DNA of 50,621 bases from the NCBI GenBank assembly GCA_013359445.1, contig JABWBV010000001.1, positions 1-50,621 of the forward strand, given 5' to 3'. The stretch is from Anaerolineales bacterium (GTDB lineage: Bacteria > Chloroflexota > Anaerolineae > Anaerolineales > JABWBV01). The notes beneath the pieces were generated by a model that ran no database searches, was not told the DNA's origin, and saw only the letters and a program-made list of their open reading frames with translations. The first letter of the stretch is position 1; every line of letters starts with the position of its first letter. The translations under genes and the position numbers were made by a program. Shown here one piece after another: positions 27,554 to 34,685 of this stretch.

Positions 27554-27618
27554 GGTAGATAGGGTAAATAAGGTAGATAGGGTAAAAATCAAACAAAGTA
27601 CATATTTACCTTATCTAC
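27554..27618. repeat. three copies of a 15-mer (two direct, one inverted) in the acyl-CoA dehydrogenase/ligase spacer
   Basis: GGTAGATAGGGTAAA at 27554-27568 and 27572-27586. The inverted copy ATTTACCTTATCTAC at 27604-27618 has 1 mismatch. Confidence 0.75.
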
Positions 27619-27619
27619 T

Positions 27620-28798
27620 TTATATACCTTCTTTACCTTCTTTCCCAATAATATCCCTCGCAATCACAATCCGTTGGATATGCGAGGTGCCTTCGTAAAT
27701 CTGTAACCCTTTGATATCGCGGTAGTGGCGTTCAACGGGGTATTCGTTGCTGTAGCCGCGCCCGCCGTGGAGGAGGACGGCGTTGGAGGCGGCTTTCACG
27801 GCGATTTCGGTGGCGTAGAGTTTCGCCATCGAGGTTTCGCGGGTGGTGGGAAGTGCCTTTCCTGCGGAAAGGGCGTCCTTCATGGTGGCCGCCTTGTAGA
27901 CCAGCAGGCGAGCGGCCTCGATTTCCGTTGCCATATCGGCGATGGTGGCTTGAATCATCTGAAAATCGCCGATCCGCTGACCGAACGCGCGCCGTTTGCG
28001 GACAAAATCCACGCTCGCATCCAAACACGCCTGCGCGATGCCCAACGCCCCCGCCGCGACGCCCAGCCGACCGTGGTCGAGGGCAGACATGGCGATTTTG
28101 AAACCGTCACCTTCCTGGCCGAGGAGGGAGCTTTTGGGAACGCGTAGGGATTGGAGGGAAATGTGGGCGTGGTCGGAGGCGCGGTGGCCCAATTCCTTTC
28201 CAGGCATCTTTTCTCGAACAAAGCCGGGGGTGTTCGTTTCGACGAGGAAGGCGCAAATGCCTTTGTGTTTTTTCGCCCGATCCGTGGTGGCGAAGACGAT
28301 GGCGAGGTCAGCGATGCCGCCGTTGGTGATCCAGATTTTTTCGCCGTTGAGGATGTACTCGTCCCCGTCGAGGGTGGCGGTGGTTTCGAGGTTGCCCGCG
28401 TCCGATCCGGCGTTCGGCTCGGTCAGGCAGTAGCACCCGATGATTTCCCCTGTCGCCAACCGGGGAAGGTACCGTTGTTTTTGCGCTTCTGTGCCCCAAT
28501 CGTTGATACACAGACTGACCAGCGACCCATGCACGGCCAAAAATCCCCGCACGGACGAATCCGCCCAGCCCAATTCTTCGGAGATCAGGGTGTAGCTGAG
28601 GTAGTCCATCCCCGCACCGCCGTACTCGGGTGCGATGGTTCCGGCGAGGAATCCGAGTTCGCCCATGCGTTTGACGAGGTGGAGGGGGAAGATGCCGGTT
28701 TCATCGGCCTCGCGGGCGAGGGGGGCGACTTCGTCGCGGGAGAAGGTGCGGGCGAGGGTTTGGAGGGAGAGTTGGGAGGGGATGAGGGAGAGGCGCAT
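27620..28798 (-). CDS. acyl-CoA dehydrogenase
   Basis: 392 aa. CLTEPNAGSD and the C-terminal YEGTSHIQRIVIARDI. Confidence 0.9.
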   Translation of the reverse strand: MRLSLIPSQLSLQTLARTFSRDEVAPLAREADETGIFPLHLVKRMGELGFLAGTIAPEYGGAGMDYLSYTLISEELGWADSSVRGFLAVHGSLVSLCINDWGTEAQKQRYLPRLATGEIIGCYCLTEPNAGSDAGNLETTATLDGDEYILNGEKIWITNGGIADLAIVFATTDRAKKHKGICAFLVETNTPGFVREKMPGKELGHRASDHAHISLQSLRVPKSSLLGQEGDGFKIAMSALDHGRLGVAAGALGIAQACLDASVDFVRKRRAFGQRIGDFQMIQATIADMATEIEAARLLVYKAATMKDALSAGKALPTTRETSMAKLYATEIAVKAASNAVLLHGGRGYSNEYPVERHYRDIKGLQIYEGTSHIQRIVIARDIIGKEGKEGI

Positions 28799-28837
28799 TT
28801 AATTTAATACTGTTCAGATTTCAAATTAACCTAAAAG

Positions 28838-30625
28838 TTAAATTAAATTTCGCTGTATGGCTATATTGTTTGACTTTAAGAAGTTGTTTACATCTGTGAA
28901 GACATTTAAAAATAAAGGTGTTCCAGAAAATGAAAGTGGTGAAACTGGTCCAATTGTCATAAACGAATATTCCCGTGATGCAATGTCAAAAGATGAATGT
29001 GGATCCCTGAATTGCTGATAGAGTTTTAGATACTCACCTTTTCCACCTACAAGTTCTTGAAGTTTCTTATATTCTGCCCCCATGCTTAACCCAAAGCCGA
29101 AGAATGAAATTCGGAGCTGTTGCACAATCTCATTGTCAAGGCTGGATAGGGTTTGGCTTAGAAACATCCAACCCAAGCCATATTTGCGAGTTGTTCGAAC
29201 TGCGTCAATTAAATTGGTCTTTATCCTTTGTTTTCTCTCATTATTAGCAATTCTTTCTTGAGGGGCAAGTCTATGAGCTTCATCCAGAACAACAAGAGTA
29301 TTCAAACTCACATCGTTTTGATAAGCATCCTCTGCCTTTCTGAGCAATACACCAAGAATAGCATCTATCAAAATTGGTTTTATTTTTTCGTCCCATACGC
29401 CAGAAGTAATATCTGATGGTTTTTTTGATAAATCTACAACTATCAAAGGTCTACTGCCAGTTTTAGGAATAGATAGAGCCTGTTGTACAATTTGATCAAT
29501 AGACAACTTACCTTCTCCCTCAGAGAAAAATCTAATGACCTTATCCCACTTTTCCTTTAGTGGAGAGAATTGCGATGATCCTAGTTTTTGTTTTGCTTCA
29601 TCAATAAAACTTTGAACTCTTTCAATCCCGCTTGTTCCACCATATATTCTATGAATGTTTGAATGAATATGATCCAACATTGCTACAAAAGCCATGTCAT
29701 CTAAATTTTTGAGTTTAAATTTATTGTTATTGGCTTTGAAAAAATCCACTACATAATTTGCCGATGTTGCTTGATAATCAGTCGATTTAACACCCATTTC
29801 TGCAAATAGATCGAACTCAAGAAGTAATTCGCCAAGCAATTCCCATGTTCCAAGTCGAAATCGTGACAAATCATAAACCTCAAATTTTCGCCCAAGTCCC
29901 ATAAGCACATTAGGATGTAAAACGTTCCCAATAGATAGCTTTGTTTGCGCGTTATTCAACCCTAGAGAAAACTCGCCTTGTGGGTCGAAAATGAACAACC
30001 CCATTTGACTATGACGTGCATACCCTAAAACAATCATCTTCGCCAAAACTGATTTTCCTGAACCGGTTTTACCAAAAACACCAATATGATACGACTCTCC
30101 AGCCCCTTCTATACCACGTTCAAAATGTTTAAACCATAAAGGCAACATAGGTTGTGAGCCATACACATTGCCCAGATAAAAAATTTGTGATTGATATGGT
30201 GCAAGTAACTCTCTCAATACTCCATCATCAGCTAAATAAATAGGTGTTCCAGTAGCAGGTACAGTTCCTAATATGCTTGGGCGATAATTTCCTTGTTCAT
30301 TTGCGAAAACTGCACTTATTATCATTTCTCCTTGATGAGTGTCTTGACGTTCACTAACCGCATCAACCCGCCCTCGTTGGCGTATCAAACTTCTCATAGT
30401 GGGATCTTCGTGCCAAATATTGCGTAACTTGATTTCAGTGATCTGACCTAGGGCATAATTTCTATGGCTATCTTGAAGATAGCCGAAGAATGCCAACTCA
30501 CCAACAAGCTTTTTAGTAACCGAACGAGCCATGATATCAAGTGCAAGTTCGGTTGTCGAAGAGGGTGACCCAATCACTCCAATTCCCTCGGCCTTACTGA
30601 CCAATTCATCTAATTTATCTGCCAT
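28838..30625 (-). CDS. HerA-like FtsK/HerA-superfamily ATPase (DUF87-type)
   Basis: N-terminal barrel-like segment (IGVIGSPSSTTELALDI..LVGELAFF). Walker A GVFGKTGSGKS (30051-30073). Walker B LVVLDEAHRL. 2-nt gap to the upstream NurA-like gene. Strongly AT-rich. Confidence 0.8.
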   Translation of the reverse strand: MADKLDELVSKAEGIGVIGSPSSTTELALDIMARSVTKKLVGELAFFGYLQDSHRNYALGQITEIKLRNIWHEDPTMRSLIRQRGRVDAVSERQDTHQGEMIISAVFANEQGNYRPSILGTVPATGTPIYLADDGVLRELLAPYQSQIFYLGNVYGSQPMLPLWFKHFERGIEGAGESYHIGVFGKTGSGKSVLAKMIVLGYARHSQMGLFIFDPQGEFSLGLNNAQTKLSIGNVLHPNVLMGLGRKFEVYDLSRFRLGTWELLGELLLEFDLFAEMGVKSTDYQATSANYVVDFFKANNNKFKLKNLDDMAFVAMLDHIHSNIHRIYGGTSGIERVQSFIDEAKQKLGSSQFSPLKEKWDKVIRFFSEGEGKLSIDQIVQQALSIPKTGSRPLIVVDLSKKPSDITSGVWDEKIKPILIDAILGVLLRKAEDAYQNDVSLNTLVVLDEAHRLAPQERIANNERKQRIKTNLIDAVRTTRKYGLGWMFLSQTLSSLDNEIVQQLRISFFGFGLSMGAEYKKLQELVGGKGEYLKLYQQFRDPHSSFDIASREYSFMTIGPVSPLSFSGTPLFLNVFTDVNNFLKSNNIAIQRNLI

Positions 30626-30627
30626 TT

Positions 30628-31770
30628 TTATACTCCTGACTCTGTTCTATAACCATGCAAACTCATAAATATCTCGCTAATGTCACCCTGATATTTTTCT
30701 GCCAGACGTTGATTTGCAACTTGTCGAAATGCAGGGACAGATTTAGCAAGGTGTTTTACCATTCTATCTGCCATATATAACGGGTAAGGTTCCATAATTG
30801 CCGCTGACCCACATTGATGTTCGACAGCCTTTAAAACAGTACTCAATCGAGCAGGGGTTTGTGCTATAGACTGTGCTAACTCTACTCTCAATGCTGGCAA
30901 CCATGTAAACGGGCGATAATATATTACATTTACATTTTTCAAAAGACTTGTTACTTTATGGACAAGTTCCTCGATTTCTACACTTTCGCCCGTCTTTACT
31001 GGTTTTGTGTTGATATGCCAGGGGGCTTTCGGTGAACTTAAAAGCATTGGCTTTGTATATTCGCCCGCTTCTAAAAGCATACTCAACAACCCTCTATCAT
31101 CATATGCTTCAGGCCATTTCATTGCTTCCCCGATTTCTCGTTTTGTAGTGTATTTAGGCATTGCGACCCAATAATGATCTGAACGGCGAGCTGTTAAAAT
31201 TTCTTTGTAAGCCTCAAGGCTAGCTCGAATGGTTTTAGTCAACTCAACTGATATTTTTAAATCTGGCGCATCCTCAAGTTTGCTTAGGGCTTGATTGAAA
31301 AAAATGGTAGGAGTTGTAAGTGAACCATCTAAAAAAACAACTTCATGAGGCGCATTTTGTGCTAGTTTCAATTCCATCCCCATCATTATCCCACGTAGAA
31401 TAGATGATGATTCTGCTTCGTGTGCCTCAGTATCAACATAAACTAGGTGTTGAGGTTCAGGCCAATATCTATTTTCTGATGGAGGAGTTAAACCTTCGAC
31501 TGCTACAGCACCTACAGCTACCAAATCAACGGCTAATAGTCTTTCTATTGCTAATGAGCCATCAACACCACAGCAAGTTGGTATAGGAACAAGTGGTAGG
31601 TTTGCAACTTTTTGAACTACGCCTTTTTCGATTAATTGAGAACGCCAAATTGCCTTGTTATCTCTGATATTGTCAAAAGACTTTAACAAAGCTTGGCTTA
31701 TTTCATCGGTTCTTTCTAAAACTTCTTGGACAAGAGCGGCAGGTAACTCGGCAAATGGATTTTCGTTCAT
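30628..31770 (-). CDS. NurA-like 5'-3' nuclease
   Basis: CCGVDGSLAIE (NurA-type acidic DGS motif near the N-terminus); about 380 aa; sits immediately upstream of the HerA-like ATPase. ATG at 31770 (MNENPF..) lies 4 nt after the upstream stop. The ORF from 31818 overlaps. Confidence 0.7.
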   Translation of the reverse strand: MNENPFAELPAALVQEVLERTDEISQALLKSFDNIRDNKAIWRSQLIEKGVVQKVANLPLVPIPTCCGVDGSLAIERLLAVDLVAVGAVAVEGLTPPSENRYWPEPQHLVYVDTEAHEAESSSILRGIMMGMELKLAQNAPHEVVFLDGSLTTPTIFFNQALSKLEDAPDLKISVELTKTIRASLEAYKEILTARRSDHYWVAMPKYTTKREIGEAMKWPEAYDDRGLLSMLLEAGEYTKPMLLSSPKAPWHINTKPVKTGESVEIEELVHKVTSLLKNVNVIYYRPFTWLPALRVELAQSIAQTPARLSTVLKAVEHQCGSAAIMEPYPLYMADRMVKHLAKSVPAFRQVANQRLAEKYQGDISEIFMSLHGYRTESGV

Positions 31771-31774
31771 AGGA

Positions 31775-32917
31775 TTAGTTTTCAGAAATGGGTTTAGTAA
31801 TAGCAAGACTCTTTGCAATATCTTGATTATTCCAGTTGTGCCAGCTATCTACTCTTTCAGAACGACCATAAAGCCATCTTTCCCTCCAAAACTCTGCGAG
31901 GCTCTCGAAAGGTAAATTGCGATAAATTGGTGTTTCTGTTTTGCCATTTAGGTAGTCATCCAAATTATCAATCAATCGAAATAGAAATGCTTCACGCTTA
32001 ATTCCATGTCTGAGTATATCCCCTGAAACGCCAATATGATCTAGAGTACGCCTAATTAGTTGCCATGTACGTTTTGGACCAGTGCCGTACCCACCTTGTA
32101 TCGAAATATCTTCGGACTCCAAATATTGTTTAAAAGCAGGATAAAGTCGCTGTAGATGGAAATTCCCATACCCATTTGTGTATCCAATAGATTCTGCAAT
32201 TAATAAATCTTGGTATTTAAGTCTATTGTAAATAGAACTTCGGCCAAAAGCACTTGTAGTTGTTAAGGCTACCAATTCAGCGGGTATCACCCGGTCTTCC
32301 ATTTCGGTTTTCCGCCCCAAATAAATTTTGCGATAAGCCTCTCGCACTTCATTAGTAACTGTAGCCAAAGCTACAAGTTTTCCGCCTAGTAAGCGATTGT
32401 AAGGAGGCAACGCCCCTAAAGTAAAAATATCCATTGTCTGATTTACCAATTCTGTTTTTCTCCCATATGGATAGTTGAACAATCGGTCTCTTGCAGGAAA
32501 CCCAATTGGAGGAGACTGGAGCCCAAATATACCCATCAGTTTTCCATTACTATCATCAATGATCAAATACCTTAATCGGCGTCCAAATCCAAATGAATAT
32601 GGAATTGACCAGTAATAACGAGCTAGGCGAAACAAATCGTTGTGCCATTTTTCGCACACTTGAATTATTGTAGGCTTTATAGATTTAGGAGATATATCCT
32701 GCCCATTTGCAAAAAAGTGAATATAACGGGGGAGTTTAAAATTGATCCAGTCTTGTGCCTTTTCAAGTTCAATTTCTCGCGACGGTTTGTGGAGTAATTT
32801 TATGGATTCCTTCTCCGGTGCAGGTGGAATTAAGTCTCCTTTCTCATCAAAAGAGAACCCTAATGATTCTAGTTCCTCGCTAATAAGTTCTCTAAGCTCT
32901 GTTGCTGTAATTGTCAT
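31775..32917 (-). CDS. DUF4338-like protein (DruA-like)
   Basis: The core GRRLRYLIIDDSNGKLMGIFGLQSPPIGFPARDRLF .. NRLLGGKLVALAT .. TTTSAFGRSSIYNRL follows the DUF4338 pattern as I remember it (xLRYLv..G.l.all.f.saa..l..RD..iGW ... E.F.Gt.Y.a.nW). Recognised by eye only. Confidence 0.55.
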   Translation of the reverse strand: MTITATELRELISEELESLGFSFDEKGDLIPPAPEKESIKLLHKPSREIELEKAQDWINFKLPRYIHFFANGQDISPKSIKPTIIQVCEKWHNDLFRLARYYWSIPYSFGFGRRLRYLIIDDSNGKLMGIFGLQSPPIGFPARDRLFNYPYGRKTELVNQTMDIFTLGALPPYNRLLGGKLVALATVTNEVREAYRKIYLGRKTEMEDRVIPAELVALTTTSAFGRSSIYNRLKYQDLLIAESIGYTNGYGNFHLQRLYPAFKQYLESEDISIQGGYGTGPKRTWQLIRRTLDHIGVSGDILRHGIKREAFLFRLIDNLDDYLNGKTETPIYRNLPFESLAEFWRERWLYGRSERVDSWHNWNNQDIAKSLAITKPISEN

Positions 32918-32948
32918 GCTAGGTATTTCTCTTTGGCAAGAACCACTT

Positions 32949-33287
32949 TCATTTCATTACCCGATAAATTGTCGCATTCATCCGCTCTTCCCGATCATTC
33001 TCCACAAGATTCTTCCAGTCCACCTCAATATCATACTTTAAAGCCTCGATTTCATCCATCTTTTGTTGAATCTTTGCAGTTGTTACCAACACACCCTCTT
33101 TATTTTTTATGATCTGATTCTTCAATTCATCTATTTCAGAATTACGGACATTCAACTTCAATAACGCCGTTTCTTCTCCGTCCAGAAAATCATACCACTC
33201 TTGAAGTTGGGCCTGTTCTCTCGGCTTTAGTTCATCCCCCATCACGGCTTTGTTGTGTAGTTTTTGTCCGATTTCGTTTGTTATCAT
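32949..33287 (-). CDS. small coiled-coil protein, unknown function (first gene of the AT-rich operon)
   Basis: 112 aa, charged heptad-like sequence (EIDELKNQIIKNKE..KIQQKMDEIEALKYDIE). 31 nt upstream of the DUF4338 gene. Confidence 0.5.
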   Translation of the reverse strand: MITNEIGQKLHNKAVMGDELKPREQAQLQEWYDFLDGEETALLKLNVRNSEIDELKNQIIKNKEGVLVTTAKIQQKMDEIEALKYDIEVDWKNLVENDREERMNATIYRVMK

Positions 33288-33317
33288 CAGGGAACCTGCC
33301 TTTTTCGTGCTAAAAAA

Positions 33318-33326
33318 ATTCTAGCA
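33318..33326 (-). promoter_or_regulatory. extended -10 element (TGcTAGAAT) upstream of the AT-rich operon
   Basis: Minus strand reads gtgTGCTAGAATttttttagcacgaaaaaggcaggttccctgATG. It lies within a GTGCTA..TAGCAC inverted repeat. Confidence 0.35.
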
Positions 33327-33331
33327 CACTT

Positions 33332-33736
33332 TTACTCCCCTATCACCGCCACCCCTTCCAACTCCACCAACGCCTCGTCCAAATACAACCCCTTCACCTC
33401 AAACAGCGCCATGACCGGGTAATACTCCCCAAAAAACGCCTTCATCACCTTGCCCAACGCCTTCAAATTCGCTTTGTACAACGCCCGGTCGGTGGTGAAG
33501 ATGTTCAACTTCACAATGTCCTGCATCGTGCCACCTGCCGCTTCAACCACGGCTTGCAAGTTGCGGAGGACCTGTTCGTATTGCGCGACGATGTCACCGG
33601 GCGCGGCAATCGCGCCGTTCGCATCGCTGGCATCCTGCCCGGCGAGCCAGAGAATCTTGCCGCCATCGGTCAAAATGCCGTGGTTGAATCCGCGGGGGGG
33701 AGGGAGAGAGGGGGGAGTAATAATTTGTTTTGACAT
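33332..33736 (-). CDS. ridA: RidA/YjgF family enamine/imine deaminase
   Basis: 134 aa. Typical PPRGFNHG..GQ.., ..NL.AVVEAAGG.., ..LVELEGVA. Confidence 0.8.
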   Translation of the reverse strand: MSKQIITPPSLPPPRGFNHGILTDGGKILWLAGQDASDANGAIAAPGDIVAQYEQVLRNLQAVVEAAGGTMQDIVKLNIFTTDRALYKANLKALGKVMKAFFGEYYPVMALFEVKGLYLDEALVELEGVAVIGE

Positions 33737-33744
33737 GTTGGGTA

Positions 33745-33833
33745 TACAGAGCGCACAGAGAAGGCACGGAGATTCACAGAGTTTTTAAATGATTTTTCAG
33801 TGGCTCTCTGTGAAATTTCTGTGAGTCTCTGTG
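33745..33833. repeat. CACAGAG word-repeat compound hairpin in the hydratase/RidA spacer
   Basis: tacagag-cgcacagag-..-ttcacagag (to 33781) faces ctctgtgaa-..-gtgagtctctgtg (from 33806). The 9-bp core TTCACAGAG/CTCTGTGAA is perfect. Confidence 0.7.
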
Positions 33834-33836
33834 TTT

Positions 33837-34646
33837 CTACCGTCCTATAAATTTTGGCTTCGTCTTATCTCGAAATGACTCGTAAAAAATCCGGTGATCC
33901 TGCCCCATGAGCAGTAACGCTTGCGCCTGGGCCTCGGATTCGATGGCGGAGGGCAAATCCATGTTCCACTCGTTTTGCACCATGCGTTTGGTCGTCCCGA
34001 TAGCTTGCGTGGGGCCGTGGGCGAGGCGGGCGGCCCATTCCTGGGCGGTGGGGAGCAGTTGTTCGGCGGGGAGGACGCGGTTGACGAGGCCGTATTTGTC
34101 GGCGGTGGCGGCGTCAATCGTGTCGCCGAAGTAGAGCATTTCCAACGCCCGCGCCATCCCGACCACGCGGGGGAGCAGGTACGCCGCGCCCATGTCCGCC
34201 CCGGTCAACCCCACTTTGGTGAACAGGAACGCGAATTTAGCGTGTTCCGACGCCAGGCGCATATCCGCGGCAAGGGCCAGCACCGCGCCCGCGCCCGCCG
34301 CGATACCGTTCACCGCGGCGATGATCGGCTTGTCGAGGGTGAGCATGTTGTGAACGGTGGCCCCGGTCATACGCGTGAATTCCAGATGGCCTTTCACATC
34401 CCGGTCGAGCAGGGGTTCGATGATCTCGAACACATCCCCGCCCGAGCAGAACGCTTTCCCCGCCCCGGTCAGGACGAGGACTTTGACCGCGTCATCGTAC
34501 CGCAAGGCCTCCATCAAATCCCGGTACTGGGCGTAGATGTCGAACGTGAGGGCGTTTAGCACGTCAGGGCGGTTGAAGGTGAGGGTGGCGACGCCTTCGG
34601 AAACGTCGTAGAGAAAATCGGTATTTTTTTTCAAATCATCGGGCAT
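33837..34646 (-). CDS. enoyl-CoA hydratase/isomerase (crotonase family)
   Basis: GAGKAFCSGGDV oxyanion-hole block. ATG at 34646 has AGGAG 6 nt upstream; the ORF-track start at 34667 is a TTG. Confidence 0.85.
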   Translation of the reverse strand: MPDDLKKNTDFLYDVSEGVATLTFNRPDVLNALTFDIYAQYRDLMEALRYDDAVKVLVLTGAGKAFCSGGDVFEIIEPLLDRDVKGHLEFTRMTGATVHNMLTLDKPIIAAVNGIAAGAGAVLALAADMRLASEHAKFAFLFTKVGLTGADMGAAYLLPRVVGMARALEMLYFGDTIDAATADKYGLVNRVLPAEQLLPTAQEWAARLAHGPTQAIGTTKRMVQNEWNMDLPSAIESEAQAQALLLMGQDHRIFYESFRDKTKPKFIGR

Positions 34647-34685
34647 AGAAACTCCTAAAAAAACCAAAACATGAACGGATACCTT

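Noticed and set aside
27554-27586. Possible CRISPR-like direct repeats.
   Set aside because: There are only two 15-nt units with an 18-bp period, no spacers of CRISPR size and no cas genes. I treated it as an operator or hairpin motif instead.
28838-31770. NurA-HerA as ordinary housekeeping end-resection genes.
   Set aside because: This remains possible. I consider it less likely because of the extreme compositional contrast with the host, the insertion inside a catabolic cluster, and the tight operon with a DUF4338 gene. It is kept as the alternative hypothesis in the finding.
28799-33331. Calling the island a Druantia system.
   Set aside because: There is no DruE-type (DUF1998) helicase and no large DruB/C/D-like ORF anywhere in the window. 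Only the DUF4338-like gene is shared, so a canonical Druantia call is not supported.
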